A stretch of DNA of 64,000 bases, taken from sequence record SRR22947727_495; one strand, 5' to 3'. Numbering within the stretch: position 1 is the stretch's first letter; every line of letters starts with the position of its first letter. The translations under genes were made by a program, and so were the position numbers. The notes under the pieces were generated by a model that ran no database searches, was not told the origin of the DNA, and saw nothing but the letters and a program-made list of their open reading frames with translations. This document shows, piece after piece, positions 1 through 10,446 of the stretch.

Positions 1-57
1 TAGAGCATCGGTCTCCAAAACCGAGGGTCGTGGGTTCGAGTCCCTCAGCCCCTGCCA
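1..57 (+). tRNA. tRNA-Trp(CCA), 5' part outside the window
   Basis: Anticodon arm TCGGT-CTCCAAA-ACCGA, T-arm GTGGGTTCGAGTCCCTC, encoded 3' CCA at 55-57. Confidence 0.93.
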
Positions 58-112
58 GTTTTCCACCAAGGTTTTAGATATTGCTTCACGTGAGGCCTGT
101 ATAAAACATGCT

Positions 113-1438
113 CTAAAACGCATTTGTCAGCCCAATGAACATATCATGACTGCGGACGCGGAACATTTCGATATTGGCGTCACGATCAAGAAATGTGTAA
201 TTGAGCGAAGGGGTTAGGCCAAAATAGCTCACATTCGGGTTGCTCAGGTTCAATGAAATTTTGCGTTCGTGGACCCGCCTTTTTTCTGGGAAGGTGATCT
301 CCAGCTCTTTCCATTTTGCATAGGAAAGTGAGACATTAACGTTCAGAATGTAGGGCGATGCTTGAAAAATTGGGCGCCATCCCAGATCGATTTTCAGCTC
401 TTGATTGCCCACATCCACTGCATCGGAAAATCGGTTTGTGTAGCCAAGCCCAAGATTGAACTGATGAGAGGCGCTGGCCGGCCAATAGTGGCGCAAGCTG
501 GTTTTCAGCACCCGGCTGTCCTTGCCATCTGGGCGGGTGATGATATCGGCGCCAATGGTCCAATCGCGCAGGGCGGTTTGCCGGGGGTTTTGCGGATCTC
601 GAAGAGCATAGCGGCGCGACCAAGTTGAAGAAAATATACGCGATTCGAGGTTGTTGAATTGGTGAACGGCTGTGAAGGCTTGCGTCAAAGTGGTCTGGTG
701 TTGCGCGGCAGGCGTCAATGTCAGCCTATGATTGAAGCTCAATGAGCTGCGATTGAAACGCGGCTCATTATAAACATCGGCGGACAGATTGAGGCTCGTG
801 CTCTGCGTGCCAAATTGGGTCTTGGGCAGGGTGTAGCTCAATCCGCTCCAGAGCCGGAGGCCGGACCCGCTGCGTTGTGGTTCACTTGCCGTCCAAGGAA
901 TGGTCTGCAACGTTCCCGTGAGTGGGTTGATCGAGGTATGTGTGGTTGAATAGGAAATCTTGTTGATATTGCTGGAGGGGGCAATGCCCAGACCTCCAGA
1001 AATTTTAACCGCTAAGCCCGCTTGGATCTGTTGCAAAAGGCGGGTGACCATGAGCCGCTCGTTGCGCTCTGTGCTGAGGTCCAGGGCGCGGCGCAGGTGA
1101 AACATGGCCCGCCGCGGTTGGCCCAGGCCGTGCAGCGCCAGGGCCTTTAGGATGCGGGGACCCGCCAGCTTGGGCGCCAATCTCTGCGCGCGCGTGGCAG
1201 CTGCGCGCGCGTCTTGGAATTGCCTTAACTCCACATGAGCCCGAGCAGCGATCATAGCGCTGTCGAAGGGATGGGTCTCGGCAAGATCCTCGGCCTGCGC
1301 CAAAGCCAACTCAAATTGACGGGTTTGAAGGGCAATGCGTGCTGTGGTCAAATCCGCCAGCAGGGGTGAGGACAGCATGCAAACCACTGTCGCAAAAATG
1401 GTCACGACGCAGCAGCGGCGCAGAATGGAAAACGTCAT
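113..1438 (-). CDS. TPR-containing outer-membrane beta-barrel, Slam/DUF560-like (surface lipoprotein assembly modifier)
   Basis: Signal peptide, TPR-like helices, APSSNIN motif, amphipathic beta-strands, FGLTPSLNY near the end, terminal Phe. Confidence 0.7.
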   Translation of the reverse strand: MTFSILRRCCVVTIFATVVCMLSSPLLADLTTARIALQTRQFELALAQAEDLAETHPFDSAMIAARAHVELRQFQDARAAATRAQRLAPKLAGPRILKALALHGLGQPRRAMFHLRRALDLSTERNERLMVTRLLQQIQAGLAVKISGGLGIAPSSNINKISYSTTHTSINPLTGTLQTIPWTASEPQRSGSGLRLWSGLSYTLPKTQFGTQSTSLNLSADVYNEPRFNRSSLSFNHRLTLTPAAQHQTTLTQAFTAVHQFNNLESRIFSSTWSRRYALRDPQNPRQTALRDWTIGADIITRPDGKDSRVLKTSLRHYWPASASHQFNLGLGYTNRFSDAVDVGNQELKIDLGWRPIFQASPYILNVNVSLSYAKWKELEITFPEKRRVHERKISLNLSNPNVSYFGLTPSLNYTFLDRDANIEMFRVRSHDMFIGLTNAF

Positions 1439-1594
1439 GAAATGGCCTAAAATAAAAACGAATGTAAAATGGTAGTTTGTGAAAGATATTAAATTATTCT
1501 AACGATTTTTTCAGAATTTGAAATCAGATTTCTGTGCCTTGGCCAGAGTTTCCGGCCAAGGCAAGTTTTTGTGCGATGGTTGGCCTGTGCCGGG

Positions 1595-2761
1595 CTATTG
1601 TGCGGCGCCAAGTCGGGTTTCAGCCATTTCCACCCACCAGGAGCATCCAGCCGGAATGGCCTCGTCATTGAAGTTATATTCTGGATGATGCACGCTGGCG
1701 CCGTCGCCGTTGCCCATAAGAATATATGCGCCAGGGCGTTCTTCAAGCATATAGGAAAAGTCTTCACCCCCCATGACCAGAGGCGCAAAATCGCAATCCC
1801 CTGCGACCTTCGCGGCGGCCTCGGCGGCGAATTTGGTTTCAGCTTCATGATTGACTGTGGCTGGGTAGCCCTCGGTATAGGTGATATGCGCCATGCCGCC
1901 AAAGACGGCTGCGGTATGGGTGCAAATTTCATGAATTCGGTCGCGCCCCAATGCCCGCATTTCAGGGATCAAAGTTCGTACAGTGCCGCGCAAGGTCACC
2001 GACTGCGGGATGACGTTGAAGGCTTTGGACGAGCTTTCAAATGACGTCACCGACACAACGATTTGCTCCACAGGATCGGCGTTTCGGGCGGCTATGGTTT
2101 GTAAGGCGGTGACGCATTGTGCGGCCATAACGATAGAATCGACTGTTTCATTGGGTTTGGCCGCATGGCCGCCCTTGCCCTCGATGACAATTTCAAACGT
2201 GTCCGTTGCGGCAAAGAACGGACCGGGGCGAATGGCGAAAGTGCCAATGGGCCGGCCGGGCCAATTGTGCATGCCGTAGACTTCATCGATGCCAAACCGC
2301 TCCATCATGCCGTCTTTGCACATTTCAAGCCCGCCGCCGCCGCCTTCTTCGGCCGGCTGAAAGATCACCGCAACGGTTCCATCAAAATTGCGTGTTTCGG
2401 CGAGATATTTTGCAGCTCCCAGAAGCATGGCCGTGTGGCCATCATGGCCGCAGGCATGCATCACACCGGGGGTTTTGGAGGCATAGGGCAATCCGGTGGC
2501 CTCTTCTATCGGCAGCGCGTCCATATCTGCGCGCAGGCCCACAACTTTCCCTTGGCTGTCCGAGCGCCCTTTGATCAGCGCCACAACGCCCGTGCGGCCG
2601 ATGCCTGTGACGATCTCATCACAGCCAAATTCTGCGAGTCGATCGGCGACAAATTGCGATGTGCGGTGGGTCTCGAACAAAAGCTCGGGATTTTCGTGAA
2701 TGTCACGCCGCCAAGCGGTAATCTCGGGCAGCAGTTCTGAAAAACGGTTGCGAATGGCCAT
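1595..2761 (-). CDS. M20 family amidohydrolase (aminoacylase/hippurate hydrolase-like)
   Basis: RADMDALP, MHACGHDGH, FQPAEE, GGEDF and HHP motifs. Confidence 0.92.
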   Translation of the reverse strand: MAIRNRFSELLPEITAWRRDIHENPELLFETHRTSQFVADRLAEFGCDEIVTGIGRTGVVALIKGRSDSQGKVVGLRADMDALPIEEATGLPYASKTPGVMHACGHDGHTAMLLGAAKYLAETRNFDGTVAVIFQPAEEGGGGGLEMCKDGMMERFGIDEVYGMHNWPGRPIGTFAIRPGPFFAATDTFEIVIEGKGGHAAKPNETVDSIVMAAQCVTALQTIAARNADPVEQIVVSVTSFESSSKAFNVIPQSVTLRGTVRTLIPEMRALGRDRIHEICTHTAAVFGGMAHITYTEGYPATVNHEAETKFAAEAAAKVAGDCDFAPLVMGGEDFSYMLEERPGAYILMGNGDGASVHHPEYNFNDEAIPAGCSWWVEMAETRLGAAQ

Positions 2762-2775
2762 AGGGCACCTCTGGT

Positions 2776-4590
2776 TTACGAGTTAAGAATATAATGCTCG
2801 CCGCCCAAATGCGTGTATTCTGTTGGGCCGGGATCATAATCGAGCGGGTGAATAGGGGAGGGGATTGGCTTACTTTCAAAGTCAGCCTGCAGGGTTCTTT
2901 GCCGCGGGTCTGCGACCGGCACCGCGGCCATAAGTGTTTTGGTGTAATCATGTCTGGGGTCTTCGAAGACCTCTTGGCGCGTGCCGATCTCGACAATCCG
3001 CCCAAGATACATGACCGCAACGTGATGGCTCACGCGCTCAACCACGGCCATGTCATGGCTGATAAAGAGCATCGAGATGCCGAGCTCGGCCTGCAGCTCT
3101 AGCATAAGGTTCAAGACCTGCGCTTGAACCGAGACATCCAGTGCACTAACGGCCTCATCGGCAATCAGCAATTTGGGGTTGAGGGCCAAAGCGCGGGCAA
3201 TGGCGATGCGTTGGCGTTGACCGCCGGAAAGCTCATGGGGAAAGCGGCGCATGAAGGCGCGGGGCAATTCGACCCTATCGAATAACCCTGCCACGCGGTC
3301 CATCAGTTCAGAGCCCTGAGCCATATTGTAGTTTTTCATCGGTTCAGCGACTTGATCGGCGAGGGTCATTTGGGGATTCAATGAGGCAAAAGGATCCTGA
3401 AAGACCATCTGCATATCCCGCCTTGCCTCGCGAAGGCCGGCCGAATCCAGCGCCAAAATATCCCTATCGCCGAGCTTGATGGAGCCTGATTGCGGCTCTT
3501 CTAGGCGTAAAATTGAACGGCCACAGGTCGATTTTCCGGATCCTGACTCGCCAACCAAGCTTAGCGTGGCGCCTTTCTTGATCGAAAACGAGACATTCTC
3601 CAAAGCATGTACCCGCGCCACAGTGCGGCGAAAAAAGCCTCCTTTGACGTTAAAGCGCGTGGTTAAATTGCGCACATCAAGCAAGATCTCCTCCGTGGGC
3701 GGGACAGAGCCGATCAGCGATTTTTCTGGCTGGCCAATCAAGCTCAAGGGTTTCGGCGTGGGCTGGCCGCGCATTTCGCCCAGCTTGGGCACTGCGGCGA
3801 GTAAGTTTTGTGTGTAGGGGTGTTGTGGGTTTTCGAAGATATCTTCGACAAGGCCTTCTTCGACCTTCTCACCACGAAACATCACCACAACACGGTCGGC
3901 CATCTGCGCAACCACGGCCATATCATGGGTGATGAACATGACGGCGGTGCCGGTGTCCTTTTTCAACTTGTTCATCAGCCCAAGAATTTCCGCTTGGATG
4001 GTGACATCCAGGGCGGTGGTTGGCTCATCGGCAATCAAGAGCCGTGGCTCGCAGGCGAGTGCCATGGCAATGACCACCCTTTGGCGCATACCGCCGGATA
4101 ATTCATGGGGATATTGGCCCAACCGGCGTTCTGGTTCGGGGATTCGCACTTGCCGCAACAGGTCAATTGCCCGGCTGCGGGCGGCGGCCTTGCTCAGACC
4201 CATATGCAGCCGCAGACCTTCCATGAGTTGCCGTCCAATGGTGAAGACCGGATTCAGGGAGGTCATAGGTTCTTGGAAAATCATGCCAATCTCGCGGCCC
4301 CGAATGGCGCGCATGTCATTGGGGTTCATCGTCCGCAGATCAACCTGCCCGGCGGCGCCGCGGTCGAACAATAAGCGCCCATCCGAAATTTCTCCGCCGC
4401 CATATTCCACAAGGCGCATGAGGCTGAGGGATGACACAGACTTGCCGGAACCGCTTTCGCCTACGATGGCCACAGTCTCGCCAGCGGCAATGTCAAAGCT
4501 TACCCCTTTTACGGCTTCGACCGGCCCATCTTGAGTTTGAAACTCCACTTTCAAGTTTTCAAAACGCGCAATCGGATGATCTAGCATCAT
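2776..4590 (-). CDS. Peptide ABC transporter ATP-binding protein, fused double ATPase
   Basis: Two GESGSGKS Walker A motifs, two LSGG signatures, DEPTTALD and DEAVSALD. Confidence 0.95.
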   Translation of the reverse strand: MMLDHPIARFENLKVEFQTQDGPVEAVKGVSFDIAAGETVAIVGESGSGKSVSSLSLMRLVEYGGGEISDGRLLFDRGAAGQVDLRTMNPNDMRAIRGREIGMIFQEPMTSLNPVFTIGRQLMEGLRLHMGLSKAAARSRAIDLLRQVRIPEPERRLGQYPHELSGGMRQRVVIAMALACEPRLLIADEPTTALDVTIQAEILGLMNKLKKDTGTAVMFITHDMAVVAQMADRVVVMFRGEKVEEGLVEDIFENPQHPYTQNLLAAVPKLGEMRGQPTPKPLSLIGQPEKSLIGSVPPTEEILLDVRNLTTRFNVKGGFFRRTVARVHALENVSFSIKKGATLSLVGESGSGKSTCGRSILRLEEPQSGSIKLGDRDILALDSAGLREARRDMQMVFQDPFASLNPQMTLADQVAEPMKNYNMAQGSELMDRVAGLFDRVELPRAFMRRFPHELSGGQRQRIAIARALALNPKLLIADEAVSALDVSVQAQVLNLMLELQAELGISMLFISHDMAVVERVSHHVAVMYLGRIVEIGTRQEVFEDPRHDYTKTLMAAVPVADPRQRTLQADFESKPIPSPIHPLDYDPGPTEYTHLGGEHYILNS

Positions 4591-4857
4591 AGCCTCTTCA
4601 GGTGATCGGTTATATTTTCAAAGGATTACACACAAACTTGCCAGCTGTGTATTGGCTCCCACTGGGGTTACTCTGCGTTTGGCACTGTCACTTGTCTAGT
4701 TAAAGAATACTTGATTTTTCGGTCACGCCGGTTGTTCATGACTCTACGACGGGGATGCGGAGTGTGTTTTCTAGCCAAGTTCGACAAGAATTTTGCTCAA
4801 GATTTGAAAATGCTTTTTGAAAAATTCCCGCAGATGCGATTAATCAGGGAGAGAAAC

Positions 4858-6567
4858 ATGAAACATATTGCACTCATGTTCGGATCAGCGGCGCTGGTCG
4901 GGATGAGCACAATGGCGGTGGCCGGTGGCCATGAAGCCCGTGGAAGAGACGGCGAAGTTAAGATCATCTATTGGCAAGCGCCATCGATTCTTAATCCATT
5001 TTTGTCTGGTGGCACAAAGGATGTGGAAGCGGCATCTTTGGTGATTGAGCCATTGGCGCGCTATAATGAGAAAGGCGAATTGGTGCCTTGGCTCGTGGAC
5101 AGTGTTCCGACCGTAGCCAATGGTGGCGTGAGCGCAGATCTCACCTCCATCACCTGGAACATCACGCCCGGCATTATGTGGTCCGACGGCACGCCCTTCA
5201 CCTCTGCGGATGTGAAGTTCACTTATGACTATTGCACTGATCCCGATGGTGGCTGTGCGCAGGTGACAAAATTCAATGGCGTCAGCTCTGTTGAAACACC
5301 GGATGCACTGACCGTTGTTGTGAATTTTGAACAGCAAACACCCTTCCCCTACGGACCCTTCGTGGGCGGCGAAAGCCCAATTTTGCAAGCGGCGCAATTT
5401 GCCGATTGTGTGGGCGCAAAGGCATCAGAATGCACGGAAGAGAACTTTAACCCCGTCGGCACCGGGGCTTACGTTGTTGATGAATTCCGTCCCAATGACG
5501 TGATTGTTCTGTCAGCGAATGACAACTACCGCGAGGCGGGCAAGCCAGCCTTTGCCAAAGTCACCTTCAAAGGCGGCGGCGATGCGGCGGCCGCGGGTCG
5601 CTCGGTTATGGAAACTGGCGAATATGACTATGCTTGGAACCTGCAATTGGCACCGGATGTGATTGCGCAAATGGAAGCTGCTGGTAAAGGCACGCCTGTG
5701 GCTGGCTTTGGTCCTTTGGTCGAGCGCATCATGCTCAACCACACCAACCCAGATCCATCGCTAGGCCCGGATGAGCGTGCGGTGATCCGTCCGCATCCAT
5801 TCCTGCAAGATCCTGCGGTCTATAAAGCCTTGTCTTTGGCGATTGATCGGGAGCTTCTGGTTGAAATCGGCTATGGCAAAGCGGGCAAAGTGACTTGTAA
5901 CTGGGTGCCGGCGCCAGCGGCGGTGAATTCCGACACATTCGATTGCTCGACCCAAGATATCGCCGGTGCAAATGCGATGCTTGATGCGGCTGGTATTGTA
6001 GATACCGATGGCGATAGTGTGCGCGAAAAAGACGGCGTGCCGCTGCGCATGACCTATCAAACCTCCACAAATGCTGTGCGTCAGGACTTCCAAGCTCTGA
6101 TCAAACAGTGGTGGAGCGAGATTGGGGTTGACGTAGAATTGCGCAATATCAGCGCCTCTGTCTTCTTTGGCGGCGACCCTGGGTCACCTGATACATTCCA
6201 AAAATTCTATGCAGATTTGGAAATGTACGCCAATACCTTCAACGGTACAGATCCTCAGTCCTATCTGGCGAACCTTCTGTGTGACAAAGCGCCATCGCCT
6301 GCCTCACAATGGCAGGGTGAGAATATCTCGCGCTTCTGTTCGGCAGAGTATGACGCCTTGCACGCGCAATTGGCCACAACGGCCGATGCCGGCGAGCGCG
6401 CCTCCATTGCCCGCCAGCTGAACGATATGGCCGTCTCCGAAGGCGCGATGATCCCACTGGTTCATCGGGGCCGCTTGTCTGCCCATTCCAACACTCTGGG
6501 TGGTGTTGTCTTGAATGTTTGGGACAGCGAACTTTGGAATGCTGCCGATTGGCATCGTCTGAAGTGA
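4858..6567 (+). CDS. Peptide ABC transporter substrate-binding protein (family 5)
   Basis: ATG at 4858 after AGGGAGAG; signal peptide; WSDGTPFTSADVKFT; PVGTGAY. Confidence 0.92.
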   Translation: MKHIALMFGSAALVGMSTMAVAGGHEARGRDGEVKIIYWQAPSILNPFLSGGTKDVEAASLVIEPLARYNEKGELVPWLVDSVPTVANGGVSADLTSITWNITPGIMWSDGTPFTSADVKFTYDYCTDPDGGCAQVTKFNGVSSVETPDALTVVVNFEQQTPFPYGPFVGGESPILQAAQFADCVGAKASECTEENFNPVGTGAYVVDEFRPNDVIVLSANDNYREAGKPAFAKVTFKGGGDAAAAGRSVMETGEYDYAWNLQLAPDVIAQMEAAGKGTPVAGFGPLVERIMLNHTNPDPSLGPDERAVIRPHPFLQDPAVYKALSLAIDRELLVEIGYGKAGKVTCNWVPAPAAVNSDTFDCSTQDIAGANAMLDAAGIVDTDGDSVREKDGVPLRMTYQTSTNAVRQDFQALIKQWWSEIGVDVELRNISASVFFGGDPGSPDTFQKFYADLEMYANTFNGTDPQSYLANLLCDKAPSPASQWQGENISRFCSAEYDALHAQLATTADAGERASIARQLNDMAVSEGAMIPLVHRGRLSAHSNTLGGVVLNVWDSELWNAADWHRLK

Positions 6568-6573
6568 ATTTTG

Positions 6574-6602
6574 CGGCGCCCTGCCCGAGGGGTGGGGCGC
6601 CG
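6574..6602 (+). terminator. GC-rich stem-loop after the binding-protein gene (stabiliser or partial terminator)
   Basis: CGGCGCCCTGCCC pairs with GGTGGGGCGCCG; no strong U-tract. Confidence 0.55.
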
Positions 6603-6642
6603 ATTTAAACGACTGTTATCAAGAAAATGAGCTAAATCGCCG

Positions 6643-7650
6643 ATGCTAACATTTACCATTCGACGTCTTGTCCTAGCGATTCCGACGCTTTTGTTCATTT
6701 CCCTCGTGATCTTTTTGTTGCTGCAATTGGCCCCCGGAGATCCGATGGCGCAGGTGCCTTTGACCGTGCCGCCCGAGGTCAAGCAACAGATGCGCGAGGC
6801 GCTTGGCCTCGGCCAGCCGATCCATATTCAGTATTTCAAATGGATCATTCAGTTTTTTTGGATAGAGCCGCTCAATGGGATTGATGCGCTTTTCGGTACG
6901 GGCTTGGCCGAAGGACAGCTTAGAGTGATCTCCTGGCAGACCCGCTCGCCGGTGATTGACATCGTGATCCAGCGCTTGCCCCAGACGCTTTGGGTTGTGG
7001 GTGTGGCCTATGTGGTGGGTATTCTCATTGCCCTGCCGATTGGAATAATCTCGGCTTACCGGCAATATTCCATCTTTGACCAAGCCGGGACATTCATCAC
7101 GATGATCGGCTTTTCCGTGCCGCCATTTTTTTCCGGTGTCTTGGTGATTGTGATCTTTTCGGTGCAGCTGGGCTGGTTCCCGTCGATCTATGACACGATG
7201 CATGTGGTCGATGATTGGGCCAGTTTTAAAGTGCAGATTTGGCAGATGTTCCTGCCCGTCATGGTTCTTGCTTTGCAGATCACCAGCCAGATCAGCCGCT
7301 TCATGCGCGCCTCCATGCTCGACAACCTCAGCCATGACTATGTGCGCACCGCACGCGCCAAAGGGTTGAGCGAAGCCACGGTGGTCTTGGTGCATGTTCT
7401 GCGCAATTCGATGATCCCAGTGGTGACGGTGATTGCCCTTGGGGTGCCGTCGATTTTTGGCGGTGCGATCATCACCGAACAGGTTTTCAAAGTGAATGGC
7501 ATTGGCCAATTGCTCATCACGGCCATTCAGGCCAATGACCTGCCGATGGTGCAAACTTTGACCTTCATCTTCGCGATTTTAATCGTGCTGTTCAATTTGA
7601 TTGCCGATGTGCTCTATGGCCTTTTAGACCCAAGGATCCGCTATGACTGA
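6643..7650 (+). CDS. Peptide ABC transporter permease (DppB/OppB-like)
   Basis: APGDP, DYVRTARAKGL loop, DPRIRY end. Confidence 0.95.
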   Translation: MLTFTIRRLVLAIPTLLFISLVIFLLLQLAPGDPMAQVPLTVPPEVKQQMREALGLGQPIHIQYFKWIIQFFWIEPLNGIDALFGTGLAEGQLRVISWQTRSPVIDIVIQRLPQTLWVVGVAYVVGILIALPIGIISAYRQYSIFDQAGTFITMIGFSVPPFFSGVLVIVIFSVQLGWFPSIYDTMHVVDDWASFKVQIWQMFLPVMVLALQITSQISRFMRASMLDNLSHDYVRTARAKGLSEATVVLVHVLRNSMIPVVTVIALGVPSIFGGAIITEQVFKVNGIGQLLITAIQANDLPMVQTLTFIFAILIVLFNLIADVLYGLLDPRIRYD

Positions 7651-8608
7651 GATATCCGATCCCCTCGATATCGACCGCCCGCCGTCCAATCGTTGGGCAG
7701 AGGTTTGGCGGCAATTTCGCGCCCATAAGGGCGCGATGGCCGGAGCTGTGGTCTTTGGATTAATCATTGCCGGGGTGTTTCTCGGGCCTTTTATCTATCC
7801 GCATGACCCGCAATACCTGCCCTCTGGCCGTGATTTTATCACCCTGCGGGACACGCGGCCGATCTATGTTGCGCTCTGGGACCCGAGCGCGAAGGTGAAT
7901 TGGCACTATGTGCTGGGCACAGACAATCTGGGCCGGGACAATTTGGCCCGGTTTCTATCCGGGGGGCGGGTGTCAATTTCCGTGGGCTTGACCGCGATGA
8001 TTTTGTCGATTGTTCTTGGCACTTTCGTTGGGCTGATTGCAGGTTTCTTCCGGCTTTTTGACGGCCCCTTGATGCGCCTGACCGATCTGTTTTTGGCCCT
8101 GCCCATTTTGCCTTTGATCTTGGTGGCCTCTGTGCTGTTTCGAGAGAGCCTGGCGCTGTCGCTTGGACCCGAGATGGGCACGTTCCTGTTGATCGTCGGT
8201 TTGATTGGCCTGACCAGCTGGATGCAGACGGCGCGTATTGTGCGTGGCGATGTTTTGGCCCTCAAAGAGCGGGAATTCATCCTTGCGGCCCGTTCGATTG
8301 GCACCACACCGCGCAATCTGATTTTGAATCACATCCTGCCCAATGTCATGTCACCGATCTTAGTCTCCGCCACCCTGGGAATCGCCACGGCCATCATTAC
8401 TGAAAGTGCTTTGTCCTTTTTGGGCTTCGGTTTTCCCCCCGATTTCCCGACCTGGGGCAAATTGCTCAATGACGCGGTGGACCGGATGACGCTCTATCCC
8501 GAACGCGTCATATGGCCGGGGACATTAATCTCATTGACGGTTCTAAGTGTGAATTATCTTGGAGATGGCCTCAGGGATGCTCTGGATCCACGCAGCCGCA
8601 GCCGCTAG
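7643..8608 (+). CDS. Peptide ABC transporter permease (DppC/OppC-like)
   Basis: LGTDNLGRD, EFILAARSIG, GDGLRDALDP. Confidence 0.95.
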   Translation: MTEISDPLDIDRPPSNRWAEVWRQFRAHKGAMAGAVVFGLIIAGVFLGPFIYPHDPQYLPSGRDFITLRDTRPIYVALWDPSAKVNWHYVLGTDNLGRDNLARFLSGGRVSISVGLTAMILSIVLGTFVGLIAGFFRLFDGPLMRLTDLFLALPILPLILVASVLFRESLALSLGPEMGTFLLIVGLIGLTSWMQTARIVRGDVLALKEREFILAARSIGTTPRNLILNHILPNVMSPILVSATLGIATAIITESALSFLGFGFPPDFPTWGKLLNDAVDRMTLYPERVIWPGTLISLTVLSVNYLGDGLRDALDPRSRSR

Positions 8609-8708
8609 ACTATTGGCAAAGGCCGCCTGCGTCGCACCGTGAGGGGTTGTCATTCAGTGTCATTGGGTAAATGGGGTGTAGACCTGCCGAAGTGATAAGG
8701 GATCAAAT

Positions 8709-9638
8709 ATGTCGACCATCGTCTCCGTTCAAAATGTTCGCAAAACCTATGACGGTGGGTTCGAAGCCTTGAAGGGCGCGAGCCTGGATATTCAGGAGGG
8801 GGAAATCATCGCCCTGCTCGGCCCGAATGGGGCCGGGAAGACGACCTTGATTTCCACGATTTGCGGTATCTCTAGCCTGACATCAGGACGCATAACAGTT
8901 GCCGGCATGGATATCGGCCTTTGCTATCGCAAGGTGCGCGCGATGATTGGCTTGGTGCCGCAAGAAATCGCCCTTGAGCCGTTTGAGACTGTGATCAATT
9001 CGGTGCGCTTTTCACGAGGGTTATTCGGCAAGGCGAAGAATGAAGCCTACCTTGATGAAATTCTCAAAACGCTTTCCTTGTTCGACAAGAAAGACTCCAA
9101 AGTTATGGCGCTCTCCGGTGGGATGAAGCGCCGGGTCTTGATCGCCAAGGCCTTAGCCCATGAACCAAAGGTCCTGTTTTTGGATGAGCCAACCGCTGGC
9201 GTGGATGTGGAGCTGCGCAAAGATATGTGGAACACGGTGGCCAAGCTCAAAGGGCAGGGCGTCACCATCATTTTGACCACCCATTACATCGAGGAGGCAG
9301 AGGCGATTGCTGACCGTATTGCCGTGATCAACGGGGGTGAAATCCTCTTGGTTGAAGATAAAGCCGCATTGATGGCGCGTATGGGCAAAAAGCAAATTCG
9401 CATTGAACTTCTGGAGCCTGTGCAAGCGATCCCGATCAAGCTGGCCCCCTATGGGCTGGAGCTGGCGCCCGATGGCGGCGGCCTCACCTATACCTACGAT
9501 GTCAACGCTGAGCGCACTGGCATTACCGGCTTGCTCAATGATTTGCAGGCCGCTGGTCTGCAAATGCGAGATGTGCAAACCCAGCAATCGAGCCTGGAAG
9601 ATATTTTCGTCGATTTGGTTCAGGAGGATGGGGCATGA
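8709..9638 (+). CDS. ABC-2 type transporter ATP-binding protein (YadG-like)
   Basis: [26 protein letters not shown]. Confidence 0.93.
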   Translation: MSTIVSVQNVRKTYDGGFEALKGASLDIQEGEIIALLGPNGAGKTTLISTICGISSLTSGRITVAGMDIGLCYRKVRAMIGLVPQEIALEPFETVINSVRFSRGLFGKAKNEAYLDEILKTLSLFDKKDSKVMALSGGMKRRVLIAKALAHEPKVLFLDEPTAGVDVELRKDMWNTVAKLKGQGVTIILTTHYIEEAEAIADRIAVINGGEILLVEDKAALMARMGKKQIRIELLEPVQAIPIKLAPYGLELAPDGGGLTYTYDVNAERTGITGLLNDLQAAGLQMRDVQTQQSSLEDIFVDLVQEDGA

Positions 9639-10396
9639 ATTTTCAAGCAATCGCGGCGATCTACACATTTGAGATGGCGCGCTTTTTTCGAACGCTTAAG
9701 CAATCCTTCATTTCTCCCGTGCTGTCGACCAGCCTCTATTTCGTCGTCTTCGGTACCGCCATTGGCAGCCGAATGGAGGCGGTGGATGGCGTGGACTATG
9801 GGGCGTTTATTGTGCCGGGCCTGATCATGCTCTCGGTCATGACACAATCAATTTCAAATGCCAGTTTTGGAATTTATTTCCCAAAATTTATCGGGACGAT
9901 TTATGAGCTGCTGTCAGCGCCGGTGAATTTCCTGGAGATTGTCATCGGTTATGTGGGGGCCGCGGCGACAAAGAGCCTATTTATCGGGTTGGTCATTCTT
10001 GGAACAGCCTATCTTTTTGTCGATTTGGATATCCAACACCCCATCGCGATGATGAGCTTTTTGCTCCTAACCTGCCTGTCGTTCTCGCTCTTGGGTTTTA
10101 TCATCGGAATTTGGGCGGGGAACTTTGAGCAGCTCAATCTCGTGCCAATGCTGGTGGTGACACCTTTGGTATTTTTGGGCGGATCCTTTTACTCGATCTC
10201 AATGCTTCCAGAAATTTGGCAAACCGTCACCCTGTTTAACCCGGTCGTCTATCTCATATCTGGGTTTCGCTGGGCGTTCTTTGGAACCGCGGATGTGGCG
10301 ATTGGCATCAGCCTTGGGGCAATTGGCCTGTTTACGCTCGCTTGTATGGGCTTCATTTGGTGGATTTTCAAAACTGGATGGCGCATTCGCAGCTAA
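9635..10396 (+). CDS. ABC-2 type transporter permease (YadH-like)
   Basis: Multiple TM segments, [23 protein letters not shown] overlap with the ATPase gene. Confidence 0.9.
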   Translation: MNFQAIAAIYTFEMARFFRTLKQSFISPVLSTSLYFVVFGTAIGSRMEAVDGVDYGAFIVPGLIMLSVMTQSISNASFGIYFPKFIGTIYELLSAPVNFLEIVIGYVGAAATKSLFIGLVILGTAYLFVDLDIQHPIAMMSFLLLTCLSFSLLGFIIGIWAGNFEQLNLVPMLVVTPLVFLGGSFYSISMLPEIWQTVTLFNPVVYLISGFRWAFFGTADVAIGISLGAIGLFTLACMGFIWWIFKTGWRIRS

Positions 10397-10446
10397 ATTT
10401 TGCCGCTTGCCTTGTTCCAGGGCGAGAGGTGTCTTATCTGGCATGT

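Noticed and set aside
1480-1535. Possible iron-regulator (Irr/ICE) box upstream of the Slam-like gene
   Set aside because: Only a half-site resemblance within generally AT-rich DNA.
58-1600. Integrative island at tRNA-Trp
   Set aside because: No integrase and no duplicated tRNA 3' end seen in the window.
6673-7554. Long antisense ORFs, here and at e.g. 24691-25482, 44364-45185, 56367-57113 and 62416-63222
   Set aside because: They lie opposite well-supported genes, as expected from codon bias in GC-rich DNA.
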